This document shows, one piece after another, positions 26,237 through 37,900 of a stretch of 64,000 bases of DNA. A program made the position numbers and the translations under genes. Source of the stretch: a virus; IMG/VR virus record IMGVR_UViG_3300030430_004034, positions 23,959 to 87,958 of that record. One strand, 5' to 3'. The stretch's first letter is position 1, and the number at the start of each line of letters is the position of its first letter. Below the pieces are notes generated by a model, which worked only from the letters and a program-made list of their open reading frames with translations, was not told the origin of the DNA and searched no databases.

Positions 26237-27738
26237 ATGAAGAAGAAGAAATAATTGAAGAAAACGAAACCAAAGAAGGAACCAAGTTGCCTGCTTTGAT
26301 TAAGGAATGGATGCAGGAATCGCTCAAGTATTCCAAATACAACGATGTTCCAGCGGCCCTTACATGTCTTGTTTTGCTAGGTCAAGCAGTGAAGGACTTC
26401 GTGCATATCCCAAGAGGAAAGTCGAGCGATGATTCTAGACTTCATTTTGTTTGGATTCAAAACTCAGGAACCGGAAAAACTGCTATTATGGACTTTGTTA
26501 TCCCAGTATCAGAATCTCTTTGGAGCAAAATTAACTCCGAAGAAAAGTATCTCCCGAGAGAAGAAATTCAAAGAATACAGCGTGAAACCAACCAAGAATT
26601 GGAGGAGCATGAATCACCGATGAGTATACCTCTACAACAATACGACAATTTCGATGTTGTAGAATACACGGACGCCGCACTTATTGGTTATCAAGACCCC
26701 TTCATTGATGAAGACGGGAGGACTCGTTGGAATCACATCAAGGGAGAATTGGACGGCCACGGACTTGCTCGCTGGGATGAGTTTTCTAACTCCGGTATCT
26801 TCAAGCAAACTCAACACAAAGAGGGTATCGTCACTTATTTGAACACGCTATGCAACAGTCTTTGTGGGTCTTCTTGGATTATTACCAAGAAATTGAAGGA
26901 AGGGCCAAAAGTAGAGTGCCGCTCACAGCGTTCTATTTTGGCGACAACCTTTCACCCCGAAAACTTGGATAAGGCCATTGTCAATACGGGTCTTTTCCAA
27001 CGGGCTTTGGTTCTTGTGAAGTTTGTTCCCGAAGAGAAACAAAGAAAAATCCGTGAAACGATTGTTGATAACTTCGGTGAAATTGAAGAGTCGGACTTAC
27101 CGATTGACCGTTTTTCTAATGCTCTTTTCAAAGTGTATCAAACAACGAAGAAACGATTTGAACAGACATCACAAGACCCTAGAAACTCTACAGGAAAGGC
27201 TGATGCTCGCTACACCATTCGCTTTGCACCCAACTTCAAAGATGCTTTGATGATGCGTCTTGATGATATGGATGCTTGGAGCCATTCAACCGTTGGTACA
27301 ATCAGGGACATTGTGAAAAATTTCCAAACACGGTGGCTTGGCTTGCTTGGTAAAATTTCAATCCTTTGCTGTGTTGCAGAGGCAAACTCAATCAAGAAAG
27401 AAGAAGAAAGGTTTGTTGTCAATGCTAGGAATGTCAACCAAGCGGCTTTTATCGTCCGTAACTGCTATAAATCATTGATAGAGTGGTTAGAATTGACCCT
27501 GCAACAAGGCAGAACAGAGGCACTGAATGCGACGATGAACGGTTCAATCATGAAAGCCTACGAACAACTTGAGAAAAACGAAGAGGGGTATGTCCCGAAA
27601 AAAGAATTCCTCAATAAAATAATGGAGATTTCAAAGCGAAAACAGGCAATCGTGTATCGCCACTACAAGAAAATTTCAAGCAACTTTGAGGAGAAGAAGA
27701 TTGACAAGAAAGCATTCGTGCGACTAAAGGGTGAGTAA
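26233..27738 (+). CDS. MCM-like AAA+ replicative helicase (divergent)
   Basis: SGTGKT, WDEF, SILATT, GLFQR; C-terminal wHTH-like region. Confidence 0.65.
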   Translation: MNEEEEIIEENETKEGTKLPALIKEWMQESLKYSKYNDVPAALTCLVLLGQAVKDFVHIPRGKSSDDSRLHFVWIQNSGTGKTAIMDFVIPVSESLWSKINSEEKYLPREEIQRIQRETNQELEEHESPMSIPLQQYDNFDVVEYTDAALIGYQDPFIDEDGRTRWNHIKGELDGHGLARWDEFSNSGIFKQTQHKEGIVTYLNTLCNSLCGSSWIITKKLKEGPKVECRSQRSILATTFHPENLDKAIVNTGLFQRALVLVKFVPEEKQRKIRETIVDNFGEIEESDLPIDRFSNALFKVYQTTKKRFEQTSQDPRNSTGKADARYTIRFAPNFKDALMMRLDDMDAWSHSTVGTIRDIVKNFQTRWLGLLGKISILCCVAEANSIKKEEERFVVNARNVNQAAFIVRNCYKSLIEWLELTLQQGRTEALNATMNGSIMKAYEQLEKNEEGYVPKKEFLNKIMEISKRKQAIVYRHYKKISSNFEEKKIDKKAFVRLKGE

Positions 27739-27979
27739 GATGGCAAAGTGGGAAAACAAATTCATTATTTTTCAAGCAACACATGGACCGAAGGTTATCA
27801 TTGAATCGTTAAACACCTACGGAGAAGAAGGCTGGGAGTGCTGTTCAATGCTCACCGTTGCCAACACGAAGATTGTAGCCTTCCTTAAGCGTAGAGTGGA
27901 TGAACCCGTTTTGACGGTGGATGAAACCACCCAAAAAATTGAGGACGCTTGGGTAAACGAAAACGGCAAAAAGAAGTGA
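27731..27979 (+). CDS. DUF4177-like protein
   Basis: KWE...LNTYGEEGWE...FLKR. Confidence 0.65.
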   Translation: MSKMAKWENKFIIFQATHGPKVIIESLNTYGEEGWECCSMLTVANTKIVAFLKRRVDEPVLTVDETTQKIEDAWVNENGKKK

Positions 27980-27983
27980 TGGC

Positions 27984-28577
27984 ATGAATGTTCTTGCTCT
28001 TGACATTGAGACAAAAAACATGTCTCATGAAATAGGTGGCTTTGGGAACACTCACATGTTCCAAGTATCCACTGTAGCAACTTGGGATGGACAAAGAGGA
28101 ACAGTCTATGTTGACGAACCTCTAGACTCCTTCGCAAAATCAGGACACATCATCAAATCTCTTAGAGAGTTGAAATATGACTTGGATAAACACTTTGAGT
28201 CCGGCGGCTACCTTCTTGGCCACAACATCGCTTCATTTGATTTAGCGATTCTCAAGGACGCTATGGACATCTATTGCATCAATAAATATCTGAACCAAAA
28301 GAAATACATTGATACTAGTAGAATATTAGTTAAAGAACACGGGGAACGATTCCCCTTGCAAAATCTAGGGGTAAACACTCTTAACGAAAGTAAAACGATG
28401 GAAAGTGCTGATGCACCTAGATTATGGAAAATGGGAGAATACGATAAGGTGGTTGAATATTGCATGAAGGATACAAAAATTGTTTACGATGTTTGGATGC
28501 ATGGAAAAGAGAATGGGTTCGTAAAAGCGTTCTCTGTTGAAAAAGAAAAATTTGTAGATTTGGAGGTTGATTGGTGA
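27984..28577 (+). CDS. DEDD/RNase H-like 3'-5' exonuclease
   Basis: LDIET, GHNIASFD, YIDT, YCMKD. Confidence 0.85.
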   Translation: MNVLALDIETKNMSHEIGGFGNTHMFQVSTVATWDGQRGTVYVDEPLDSFAKSGHIIKSLRELKYDLDKHFESGGYLLGHNIASFDLAILKDAMDIYCINKYLNQKKYIDTSRILVKEHGERFPLQNLGVNTLNESKTMESADAPRLWKMGEYDKVVEYCMKDTKIVYDVWMHGKENGFVKAFSVEKEKFVDLEVDW

Positions 28578-28726
28578 TGTCTACTTGGGAATGGATTGGA
28601 TTACTTTTCTTTGTCTTGGCAACTGTCCTTCTTTTCTTTGCGGCGTTCGGCGGTTCTAAACTGACTGAACAATCCGTTGAGGATTACATGAAGAGACTTC
28701 TGCACAGCAGGGAAGAGAGAAAATGA
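28577..28726 (+). CDS. Small membrane protein (not in ORF track)
   Basis: MSTWEWIGLLFFVLATVLLFFAAFGG...; TGATG coupling. Confidence 0.6.
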   Translation: MSTWEWIGLLFFVLATVLLFFAAFGGSKLTEQSVEDYMKRLLHSREERK

Positions 28727-28854
28727 GTTTGAAAAAGGCCTGTCCTTATTGTGATGCTAGAACCATCGCAATAAGAATCCAAGGTTTTTACATCGGTAGC
28801 GATGATACAGTCAAACTTTGGGAATGTCGTAATTGTGGAGGCATATGGAAATGA
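28723..28854 (+). CDS. Small Zn-ribbon protein, last gene of the + block (not in ORF track)
   Basis: CPYC...WECRNCGGIW. Confidence 0.6.
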   Translation: MSLKKACPYCDARTIAIRIQGFYIGSDDTVKLWECRNCGGIWK

Positions 28855-28871
28855 AGGGTCGTGTTATCGTC

Positions 28872-29720
28872 TTAACAGACGATTTCACGGCCCGGATTTT
28901 TTAATGCAAATTTTTGTATCTCCGCACTGATTTTAGTAGGTTCTTTAAGAGCCTCACTAGGAATCCCACAATCAAAACCCCACGCTTCTAGATGTGTAAT
29001 GAGTGTTTCAGTGGATAGATTCTGACCGCTCAATTCGGCAAATGGGCATCCTCCTAAACCTCTGAGACTCGTATCAAATTCGTGTATTCCATGAAACAAT
29101 GCAGTTTTAACAAGGGAAATTGCTGGCTCCTCTCTCCCTCTGTGGTGTAGGTGTAGGGCGGGTTTAACTCCCATTTGTTTAGAAATATCGGCAAACATTT
29201 CAACATCTTGGCGAATACCCACTCCCACAGTATCACAAAATACAACTGTATTACCAAACATTCTAGCATCTCTAACACAGGATTCTATTTTTCTTCTTGA
29301 AAACTCTCCTGAGTATGGACTTCCGAAAGCCATAGAAATGTAAACTCGCACATTTTCTTTAGGTACTTTATCCATGAATGTCTTATACATGAGAACAATT
29401 TCGCTTCTCGTTTTACCCATGTTCTTCATATTGAATTCTTCACAAGGAGAAAATACGATGTTTATTTTATCAACGCCCAGTTTCTTGGCTCTGTCGTATC
29501 CTCTTTTATTCATAACAAGAGCAGAGCCTTTCATGTAGACTTCTTCTGCATCTGCCATTTGCGGAAGGAGTTTAGGATTTGCAAAACTGACTTCTTCTAT
29601 TTCGTCAAAGCCAGCAGAATACAAAGAAGAAATTAATTTCCTTTTCATTTCTGTAGGTACTATCTGTTTCATAGATTGTAGTCCGTCTCTCGGGGAGACT
29701 TCTACAATCTTCACTTTCAT
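28872..29720 (-). CDS. Hydroxymethylglutaryl-CoA lyase (DRE-TIM family)
   Basis: EVSPRDGLQ, SF..PK..PQMAD, YIS.AFG.PY, DTVG, LHLH, GLGGCPFA, NLSTE. Confidence 0.88.
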   Translation of the reverse strand: MKVKIVEVSPRDGLQSMKQIVPTEMKRKLISSLYSAGFDEIEEVSFANPKLLPQMADAEEVYMKGSALVMNKRGYDRAKKLGVDKINIVFSPCEEFNMKNMGKTRSEIVLMYKTFMDKVPKENVRVYISMAFGSPYSGEFSRRKIESCVRDARMFGNTVVFCDTVGVGIRQDVEMFADISKQMGVKPALHLHHRGREEPAISLVKTALFHGIHEFDTSLRGLGGCPFAELSGQNLSTETLITHLEAWGFDCGIPSEALKEPTKISAEIQKFALKNPGREIVC

Positions 29721-29872
29721 TGTGGCCCTCTCCGTAGGCCACTCCAGCACATTTCATCCAACTCTTCCGGGCTGTCAAAGATAATGAAAGAGTCTTGGGA
29801 AGAAGGGCTTGAGAACCAAATAACTGCAAAACCAACAACAAAGGAGGCCCAAAATAAAACCCAAAGACTCAT
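29717..29872 (-). CDS. Small membrane protein coupled to HMG-CoA lyase (not in ORF track)
   Basis: MSLWVLFWASFVVGFAVIWF...; ATGA overlap with the lyase. Confidence 0.55.
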   Translation of the reverse strand: MSLWVLFWASFVVGFAVIWFSSPSSQDSFIIFDSPEELDEMCWSGLRRGPQ

Positions 29873-29926
29873 GAGTGGACCAGTCCGGTGTAGAAAATAA
29901 ACTTTACTGAAATCCGACTAAGAGCA

Positions 29927-31657
29927 TCAAGAGATTAGACCCGTCAATTGCAATTTATCTATCAACAAGTCCACTTTAGTTCTAAGGAATCCTATTTCAT
30001 CCTCTAGAGTTTGAAGGTAAGCCCCGGCGCTCGGCTCAAATCCCGGCGGCAAAGAGGGGTCGTCGGCAGGTCTTGAACCAATAGTGCTTGAGCCTAAATT
30101 ACCTACAGCCCCCCTTGTAGTAGGAGTGACGCCATAAAATCCGACATTTGAACCATCGTGGTTTAGATTGCCGTTGATTTCTATTTCTCCAACTGTCCGA
30201 ATAGTTCCAACACTCAACAATCCAGAAAGATGTTGCCCATTACCACTTATTGCGGTGAGGTCGGTTGTAGCGGTAGCAGAAAATGATGAGTAGTCGTTAG
30301 CACTACCAACACCTAAATTATTGTGTCCGGTGTTATCTGAATCTGCCACAGCGTCATTCAAAACCCAACCATCATCTTGAAAGTTATTTTTAAGAAAAAC
30401 CTCAATATTATTTGTTGCATCTGCTATTTGTATTTGCAGAACTGCCCCATCATAAGTAGATGCTTCTTTAATTCTTACCGAAGAAATACCAACTGTGGAA
30501 AAATGACTAACATGTTCAACACTTATGCCATTTCCATTTCCTGCACCAAACAAATGGCTGGCTGTTAAAATAATGCTTTGATGTCTTGAAGAATCTGTAT
30601 TCCTAATGAAAAATTTTCCTATACCTCTTTGTTTTTGGTTTGCTGATGAACCATGACTACCTGCGCCGTTCCACCCGTCAATATGAGCAATCGTATGAAA
30701 GCCGGTTGCTATATCGTCTGATAAATCTTGAAACTGGTTGTATTGAACACCACTAGTTTGAATATCGCTTGATATTACGACCTTTCCTGTTCCATTTGGA
30801 GATATGTTAATGTCTCGATTAGATGTAGAAACAATTGAATTTGTTTGAACATCCAAATTACCACCTAATTGCGGAGAGGTGTCTTCTACCACATTTGCTA
30901 AACCTGAAGTTGGTAAAACAGCCAATGCCGCTTTTGCGTTTGAATGAGTGTAAGTTAAGACATATCCATCTTGTCCTGAGCCAACGGTTTGGTCCCCGTC
31001 AATCGGTAGTGTTCCTATTTTGACATCACCTGTTCCGTGTGGCGTCAAATTAATGTCGGCATTTGAATTCGTTGTGGCTATGTCTATACTATCTGCATCC
31101 GAAGAAATCGTACCCATTTCAGTATAAACTCCTGAATTATTTCTTGCGATGCTCAGAGAGTTAGAAGTTTTAGTAGTAGTCAAAAATTGAATGTGTCTCT
31201 GTGTAGTGGTTTCTCCAGCACCCAATCGAATAACAGCGATGGGAATATCCGTCGTAGCAGGGTTGGGGACCGTATCAGTAATAATCGTCCCTCCGTTGTC
31301 TTTCAAGGCGAGAGCGTTTGAAGAGTTTACAACAAGAAGATAGTAGGCAAATCCTGAAGTTGGTTCCTCAAAAGAAGAAGGCGTTCCTTGTGTAAAGTTT
31401 GCAGTGGATACTGCCGCTTGGAGAGCACCCTCTCGTACAACTCTTCCTGCCGCTACAGCAAACTGAGTTTTACCTCCAGAATCGCTTTGTGTGATGTCAA
31501 AATCGTTTCCTTCAATGACAGCATAGTTTCCTTGCGTAGCGATATTCAAGGCGTGAAACAGTGCGCTGTGCGGGAAATCTGTTCCATCTACAAGTCCACT
31601 CACTGTAGGGTCAACGCCCATTCTGCTAAATCCTCTGTTGTTTGCACTGCTTGTCAT
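29927..31657 (-). CDS. Tail fiber / receptor-binding protein
   Basis: S/T/G/N-rich; repeated DINL.P.GTG.V and DTSPQLGGNLD fiber motifs; C-terminal coiled coil. Confidence 0.7.
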   Translation of the reverse strand: MTSSANNRGFSRMGVDPTVSGLVDGTDFPHSALFHALNIATQGNYAVIEGNDFDITQSDSGGKTQFAVAAGRVVREGALQAAVSTANFTQGTPSSFEEPTSGFAYYLLVVNSSNALALKDNGGTIITDTVPNPATTDIPIAVIRLGAGETTTQRHIQFLTTTKTSNSLSIARNNSGVYTEMGTISSDADSIDIATTNSNADINLTPHGTGDVKIGTLPIDGDQTVGSGQDGYVLTYTHSNAKAALAVLPTSGLANVVEDTSPQLGGNLDVQTNSIVSTSNRDINISPNGTGKVVISSDIQTSGVQYNQFQDLSDDIATGFHTIAHIDGWNGAGSHGSSANQKQRGIGKFFIRNTDSSRHQSIILTASHLFGAGNGNGISVEHVSHFSTVGISSVRIKEASTYDGAVLQIQIADATNNIEVFLKNNFQDDGWVLNDAVADSDNTGHNNLGVGSANDYSSFSATATTDLTAISGNGQHLSGLLSVGTIRTVGEIEINGNLNHDGSNVGFYGVTPTTRGAVGNLGSSTIGSRPADDPSLPPGFEPSAGAYLQTLEDEIGFLRTKVDLLIDKLQLTGLIS

Positions 31658-31995
31658 TATTCAACCTCCAAAGTCACGAAGAAATCTACATCCTCTGTAG
31701 AGAATGGCCCAATCCCTTCAAAATTTATTCTTGTCAACATTTTGCTAAAGTCTGAGTTGAAAATACCCAACTCTCGTATCGTGTATCCGGCAATAGATGC
31801 TCCGGCCACTGTGAATTTGAAGTCCACTACATTCTCATCAGATTTGGAAGAGACAATGGTTGAGACATCAAATATTGGGACATCTAGATTCGTAGAGGTA
31901 GGGCTACCGTTGTTTCCCCCTACCCCGATTCTAGCCTTTGTGTAGGTTGTTTTGAGATGAGTTGCCATGTCTTGTCTTGCCGCATCGGTAATCAA
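31657..31995 (-). CDS. Tail tip / fiber-attachment protein
   Basis: MITD...IGVGG...IRELGIF...MLTR pattern seen in baseplate and collar domains. Confidence 0.55.
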   Translation of the reverse strand: MITDAARQDMATHLKTTYTKARIGVGGNNGSPTSTNLDVPIFDVSTIVSSKSDENVVDFKFTVAGASIAGYTIRELGIFNSDFSKMLTRINFEGIGPFSTEDVDFFVTLEVE

Positions 31996-34900
31996 AAGTC
32001 CACCTCCCTAACCGTAGTCGTTGTGATTGTCCCCGTTGACAGTGGGGCGCTAAACCCAATTGTTCGGACGAATCCAATCTTATTAGTCGTTGCTGAGGAT
32101 TCTCTCTTTTGGACCATAAGTTTTCTCTCTCTCAGCGAAACGAGGTCTAAAAGGGATGCATTTTCGTTTGGTCTGGATAACTCTTTTGACCGGAGATTCG
32201 CTCTGTTTGCATTTGTTGATATGAGAAGTTCTGCGAACCTGTCTTCCATTCCCTTTGAAAACCTACCAAGTTCCAACTTGACGAAGCCATCAATGCGATG
32301 CTCCATTTCCAGTATTTGATATTCATTTTTCGGAACATTTTCTTGAACGAGTTCAAGTGATATAGTATCCCCGGCTCGCAATTGGCTTAGACCGCTATGA
32401 CCCAACTCTACACTGACCTTTTCATTCAATTTAGAATGAAGCCTTAGAAGTTCAATGGCCTTTTCGTCAACATCTTCTTGAGTGAAAATGCTAGGGTCCT
32501 CTACCTCTAAGGTCTTTTTCCCAATCCTTTGGATACTACGGAGGTTTCTTTTTTCAGAAACATGCGATGCCCCGTAAACGATAATTTCATTGTAGAAATC
32601 AAACAACCCGGAAGATTTCTTGAAGTCTTTAATTTGTATTTTTTGATTTCTATCTGATATGAAAAGAGAAGGGTGCAAGTCTGCATCATCGGATTCTTTG
32701 ACCTTGAAACTGCTGTCTTCAAATATCAAATCTCTATCCTTTCTGTTCAAGACATAATTTACAGCAGAGAACAAATCCACACTCTTGAAATTGGGTGCTA
32801 AAAATAAAGGATAAGTTGAATCAGGTATCTCATGCTCTATGTCGTTTGATTCTAATAAGTCATTTACGATGTCGTCGGCTTCATGACTTATGTTCACAAC
32901 TGAGCCTATCATCGCCCTTTTAGCGGTGTTGGTAATGTTTTGTGGAGTAGTTATGGTAAAGGTTTCAGATATGGAGACTACACCGTGCTTCTCTTTCATT
33001 TCACCTATTTCTAGATAACTACCTAAATTTGTGCCTAAAATCTTCATGTTTATAGGAGATTTATGGGTGTTTATACCATCAGAAATACAGGCTGAAAAAT
33101 CTACTTCATTTCTAAATGGAAACTCATTAAAAGTAGTGAATGCGAAAAAATGGTTTCTAGCAACAACTTCATCCTTTTCTTGAGTGACATTTGAATCTTG
33201 TTTATCAGGGTCAACCACTACATACATTGAAAGAACGGCTTCATTGTTTCCAGCGTTTGTAGAAATAGGACTATCTCTTCCTCCGGTTCCATATGCTAAG
33301 GAGTAATCTCTCATACCGTCGTATGTTTTGTTCTCGTAGGCAACCTTAGTGTATTCACTAGACATAACATTCAATTTGATTCTATTTGGCGTGAAATCGT
33401 AGAATGTAGTTTCGTTGGGTTGCATCACCCGATAAAATCCATTTGTCAAATCAGAATCAACTTGAATAATATGCGTCAATGTAGTGTTATCTGTTTCTAT
33501 TTCATGACTTAGAACATAACCTATCTTATTGGGCATCGTGTTGTTTATTCCGCCCACAGAACCGCTTGCTCCTGTTGCTGTTCCAGTTTCGTATTCAAGC
33601 CCTGCTTCAGAAACCAAGTAGCAACCTGTTAAATCAGAAATGAAATCCAAAATTTCAGAGTTAGTTATGCGATAAAAATAAATTGACTTGTTTCCGGGTC
33701 CGACATTATCTTCTCTAGTTATGTTCGATTGTGAAGTATCCAATTCTATTCTTGCTTTGAATCCCATAAAGACGCCTTCTCCATCTGAAGAAGTGGCGGT
33801 CCTACTGCCACCACTTGGTCCATCGTGAGTCATAAATTGACGACTTAGCCCCATGTTCAAGGTAGTGATGTTGTTTGAATATTTTCTCAAATGAGTGTTG
33901 TCGTTATTGGGGAAAACAGTCCCCTTTGAAAGTTGAAATCCTCCTCTATTTCCCGATTCTATATTGTACCTATCAAAAATAAATCCGGTCAAAGAATCTT
34001 TGAACCCATCATCTGGACTGGAATTGGTGTTATCCGTCAAAGCATCTATTTTCTTCAATAATCTACTAGGATGGCCCGATATATTATTTCCTATTCTGTC
34101 ATTATCGTTAAAACTTATTGGCAAAATCAGATTAGAGAAAGAATTGGTATGTGTTGTTGTTCCAGCCGGACTGTCCAAGGCATGTCCAAATATCGTAAAT
34201 GGTGAAGACTCAGGCCTGTAAGTATCGTTATGAATTGTTCCTTTGTGGAAAGTAATCCCTTCTTCAAACCGCAAGAAAGAATCTTTCTCCCCATGACCCT
34301 TAATTGTGGTCTTTTTGGTTGTTGCTTTATGAAGAACTCCGGTATAAGCAGAGCCGCTGTTTGTAGGTATCGGGTCTTCATCAAGAGTTATGGTAGAACC
34401 CGTTTGGTTTCCATTTACAACACCTATCAATTTACCGTTAGCATCTACGAGAAGGTCGTTATCGCTTAGTGTAACGCTCGCACTCAAAGTAATGTTGGAC
34501 GAACCATAACTACTTACTGAAACATTTGACCCCCCGCTATCTGTCACTGCGGCAATAGAATGATATTGGTAGATAAGAGAAGGAATACTTCTAGATTTTT
34601 TAGGGGGTTTTTCAGGGTTAAATTGATTAAAAGCAAAATCAAAAACCACTTCTGTTAGTCTCATAATAGCCCCTGCCTTAAGTGAAGCCGGGTTCTTATC
34701 TACCTCGCTGATTGAACAATCAATGTAGTTTTCATCAGTGTATTTGATTGCTGAACCATTTGAAGAATATTTTGATTGATTCTCTGAAGTAGCCCCCTCT
34801 ACAGGAGCAGTGAGCAACATTACTTTGTATTTTTTCAAATCCTCTTTATCTGTTAACACAGATGTTGAAAGGAGACTATCCGTTCTTCTTTTAGAGTAAG

Positions 34901-37900
34901 GCGTTAAATCACTTGTAGAAAACAAAAACAATCTTCTAGATTTTGCGTCAAATTGTTCTAGGTAATCTTTAGAGACATATTTTGACTTCTTTACTTCTTC
35001 GCTTATCGTAGGAGGATGGACATCTACAATCACTGGTTTAGTATGTCCTGATTCGTAAACATTGTAATCAAAGAACAAGGAGCCACCCGCAGGGAAGTTT
35101 CCTCTCATTTCAATAGGCAAATGGTTGCTGTTGCTAAATGTGAACTTCCTACCAATCGTTCCGTCATAATAGATTGATGAGGTAAAATGCTTGATTGGGT
35201 TTACTTTGTAACAAGAAGCATAATATTTGATTTTGCTACCACCCTCATAGAAATTACCAAACTTTAATGCTATATCGGTTATTGCTAAAGAGGTGAAATC
35301 AAAAACACCCTTTTCCAAGTGCATTATTCTGTATTGAGGTGTTCCATATCTTTCTGTTGTAGTTGTGCTTTGCGACCTTTGCGCCGTGTAAGTATTGAAA
35401 GTGGCTGGCAAATCATTAGAAGTGAACAAAGGATGTAAGAGTGAAACAAATTTACCCCCATGCAAGTGTTCCCCGTTCACGAGATACAAGTCCTGAGTGT
35501 ATTTCTCTTGGTAGTTTTGTCCAGATAAAGGGCTGAAATCGTCAAGTCTTTCTACTCTTTCTGATGCGCCATGAGAAACTACCCTATCCACATATATTCT
35601 GTAATTGGTGCTTGTGCTAGGCTTTGTTATCTGCGTAATATAGCCTACAAAAACACCTTCGTCACTGATGCTGGGTCTAATATAAATCGGGTCTCCTTCG
35701 GACGGAGAGTTTCCGAAAGAAGTGACTTCAATGTATCTACGCTCAGAAGCCGTAGTCACAGTCCCTACTGTTTGGCCAACTAATTCCAAATCTAAATCTG
35801 TGCTATCTGCATCGTTAAAATCCAATCTACCTAATGAAACAGGTATGTAAGGCGCTAACTCAATAAGTGTTTTACCGTCCTTTGTGCTTTGTGAAACAAC
35901 TGTGAAATCAATCAAACTGTTCACTGTATTGAAGTTCGCTAAACTTGGCGATGAAGCCCCATCGCTTAATTCGGCTTGGAAATCATTGTCCTTATCAATG
36001 TTTGAAACATTGTGTAGATGGTATCCTATTGCTTTATCATCGGTGGATTTACTCGTTTTTATCAGGCTGGAATTATCAGAAAGGTCCAGACCCGACTCAA
36101 AAAATATCCCTTTTTCAGATGCTCCAACAAGACTTGTTGTAGTTTCTTCTAACCTATTGTTTGAAGTGAGTGCTTTATTGAAAACATATGGCTTGGTGTT
36201 TGTTTTGTATATATTGAAAGTAGTGTGAGCAACGCTAGAACCTAGAGTCAATTTTCCAGTTGTAGCCAAAGATTTACCCTCTAAAGTAACGACCTTAGTT
36301 GAAGAATTGTAGGCTTGGACTCTTCCTGCATACGAGAAATTTAGGTTACTATAATAAACGAATATTTCATCTCCCACTTCTGGAGCAGAGGCTACAGAAG
36401 CCAAAGTTAGAGTGTTTGAGGAGAATAAAACTGTGTTAGATGTCCCACAAAAAACCCCTAATTTATGTGGACTGTGTGATGAATAAATCATGTCCTTTGA
36501 ATGCAAGAAATTTTTAGTTATTATTGGAGATATGAGTTTAGAATAAGTGCTACGACCAAACAACTTCATGAAGTTTTGACCAAACTCTCTTTCGGTATTT
36601 ATTTGTTCTATCGTTCCTTCAAACCTTTCAATTTCTATTGAATAGGCTCCCTCAATAAACCCTATACTAGATTCAGACTCATAAAGCGAATCATCAAAGG
36701 AGAGAGACAGAGTTTTTGTTGTAGCGTTGGACGAAGAAACGCTTGCTTCCACTAAATCGTTGAAAATGACTTTTACATTGTGATGTCGGTTTTCTATGAT
36801 TTTAAAGGTCGTCAAAAGATTTCCTTTTGATTGACTCCACGCTCTTCTAAATAATCTATCTCCCGAGTTTGTTATTCCTGTAAGGCTAGTAGCCGCAAAA
36901 ATATTTGAAGACTCCAAACGAGTAGATGTGGTCATAACAATAGTTTGTTGGTTGGAAGAAAAGGAACCTATGGCGCTTCCTGTTGAAGCGATGATGTAGA
37001 TTCTATCAGCAATTTTGACCTCATCTCCTTCCGCTAAGAGTGTGGACAAATCGTACTCTGTATTGAATACAAAGTTTGTCCCAGATTGAGAAGATATGGT
37101 AGCCTTTAGCGGGAAAAACTCTGATAGGTTCGCAGAGTGTAGGCGATGCCGTATTCTCAATAAATCGTCTTTCTTTATTTTAGAAGGGAGTATGCGTTGA
37201 GTGTCAATGAGTTTCACTTCCGCATAGCCGCCCTTTGAACCAACAGATTCAAACACATTAAAATCCGCTAAGGTGAAATTCGTGTTGGCCTTCTCTGGGG
37301 AAAAAGAATAATGTGCATAACGAGAGGGTCCAGTCAACGCTAAAGTTGACGCATCGGTTTGGTCGTAAACATCGTTTGCATCTCTTCTTGCGTTAAAGAA
37401 ACATTTACTGTAATCTGTAAAATCATTAGAAGGCAAAGTAAATCCTTCGCTGGAAGTTATTGCATTTTCTGTAGGGTCATCTAAATCTCTCAATTTATCC
37501 ACAAGAACGGCTTTCATTGTGTATTTACTGTAATCAATAATTCGTTTTGAAAAATCTGTCGTAGTGACGAAGGCGTTGTTTATATTAGGAGTAATTGTTG
37601 TTGCGGGTGTAGCATCAATATATTTAATGAAATATTTTGTATTATGGTCTAATTCATTTTCTTTATCTAATCTTTCTGAATAAAAATAGAAAAGAGGTCT
37701 AGCACAAGTATAGGATTTATCGTATTTGTATGTAGAAGAACCAGAAGTAATATTTTCATTTTTGATACCAATAGAAAGCGCAACGATAGAAGTCTCTGTT
37801 TTCAAAGGGCCACGAAAAACCATAAACTTTGTATCTTTAGGTATTTGCTTACCCAGTCTTGGCTCAAAGTCGAAACGGTCCCCGGATACTTCGTCTTGCT

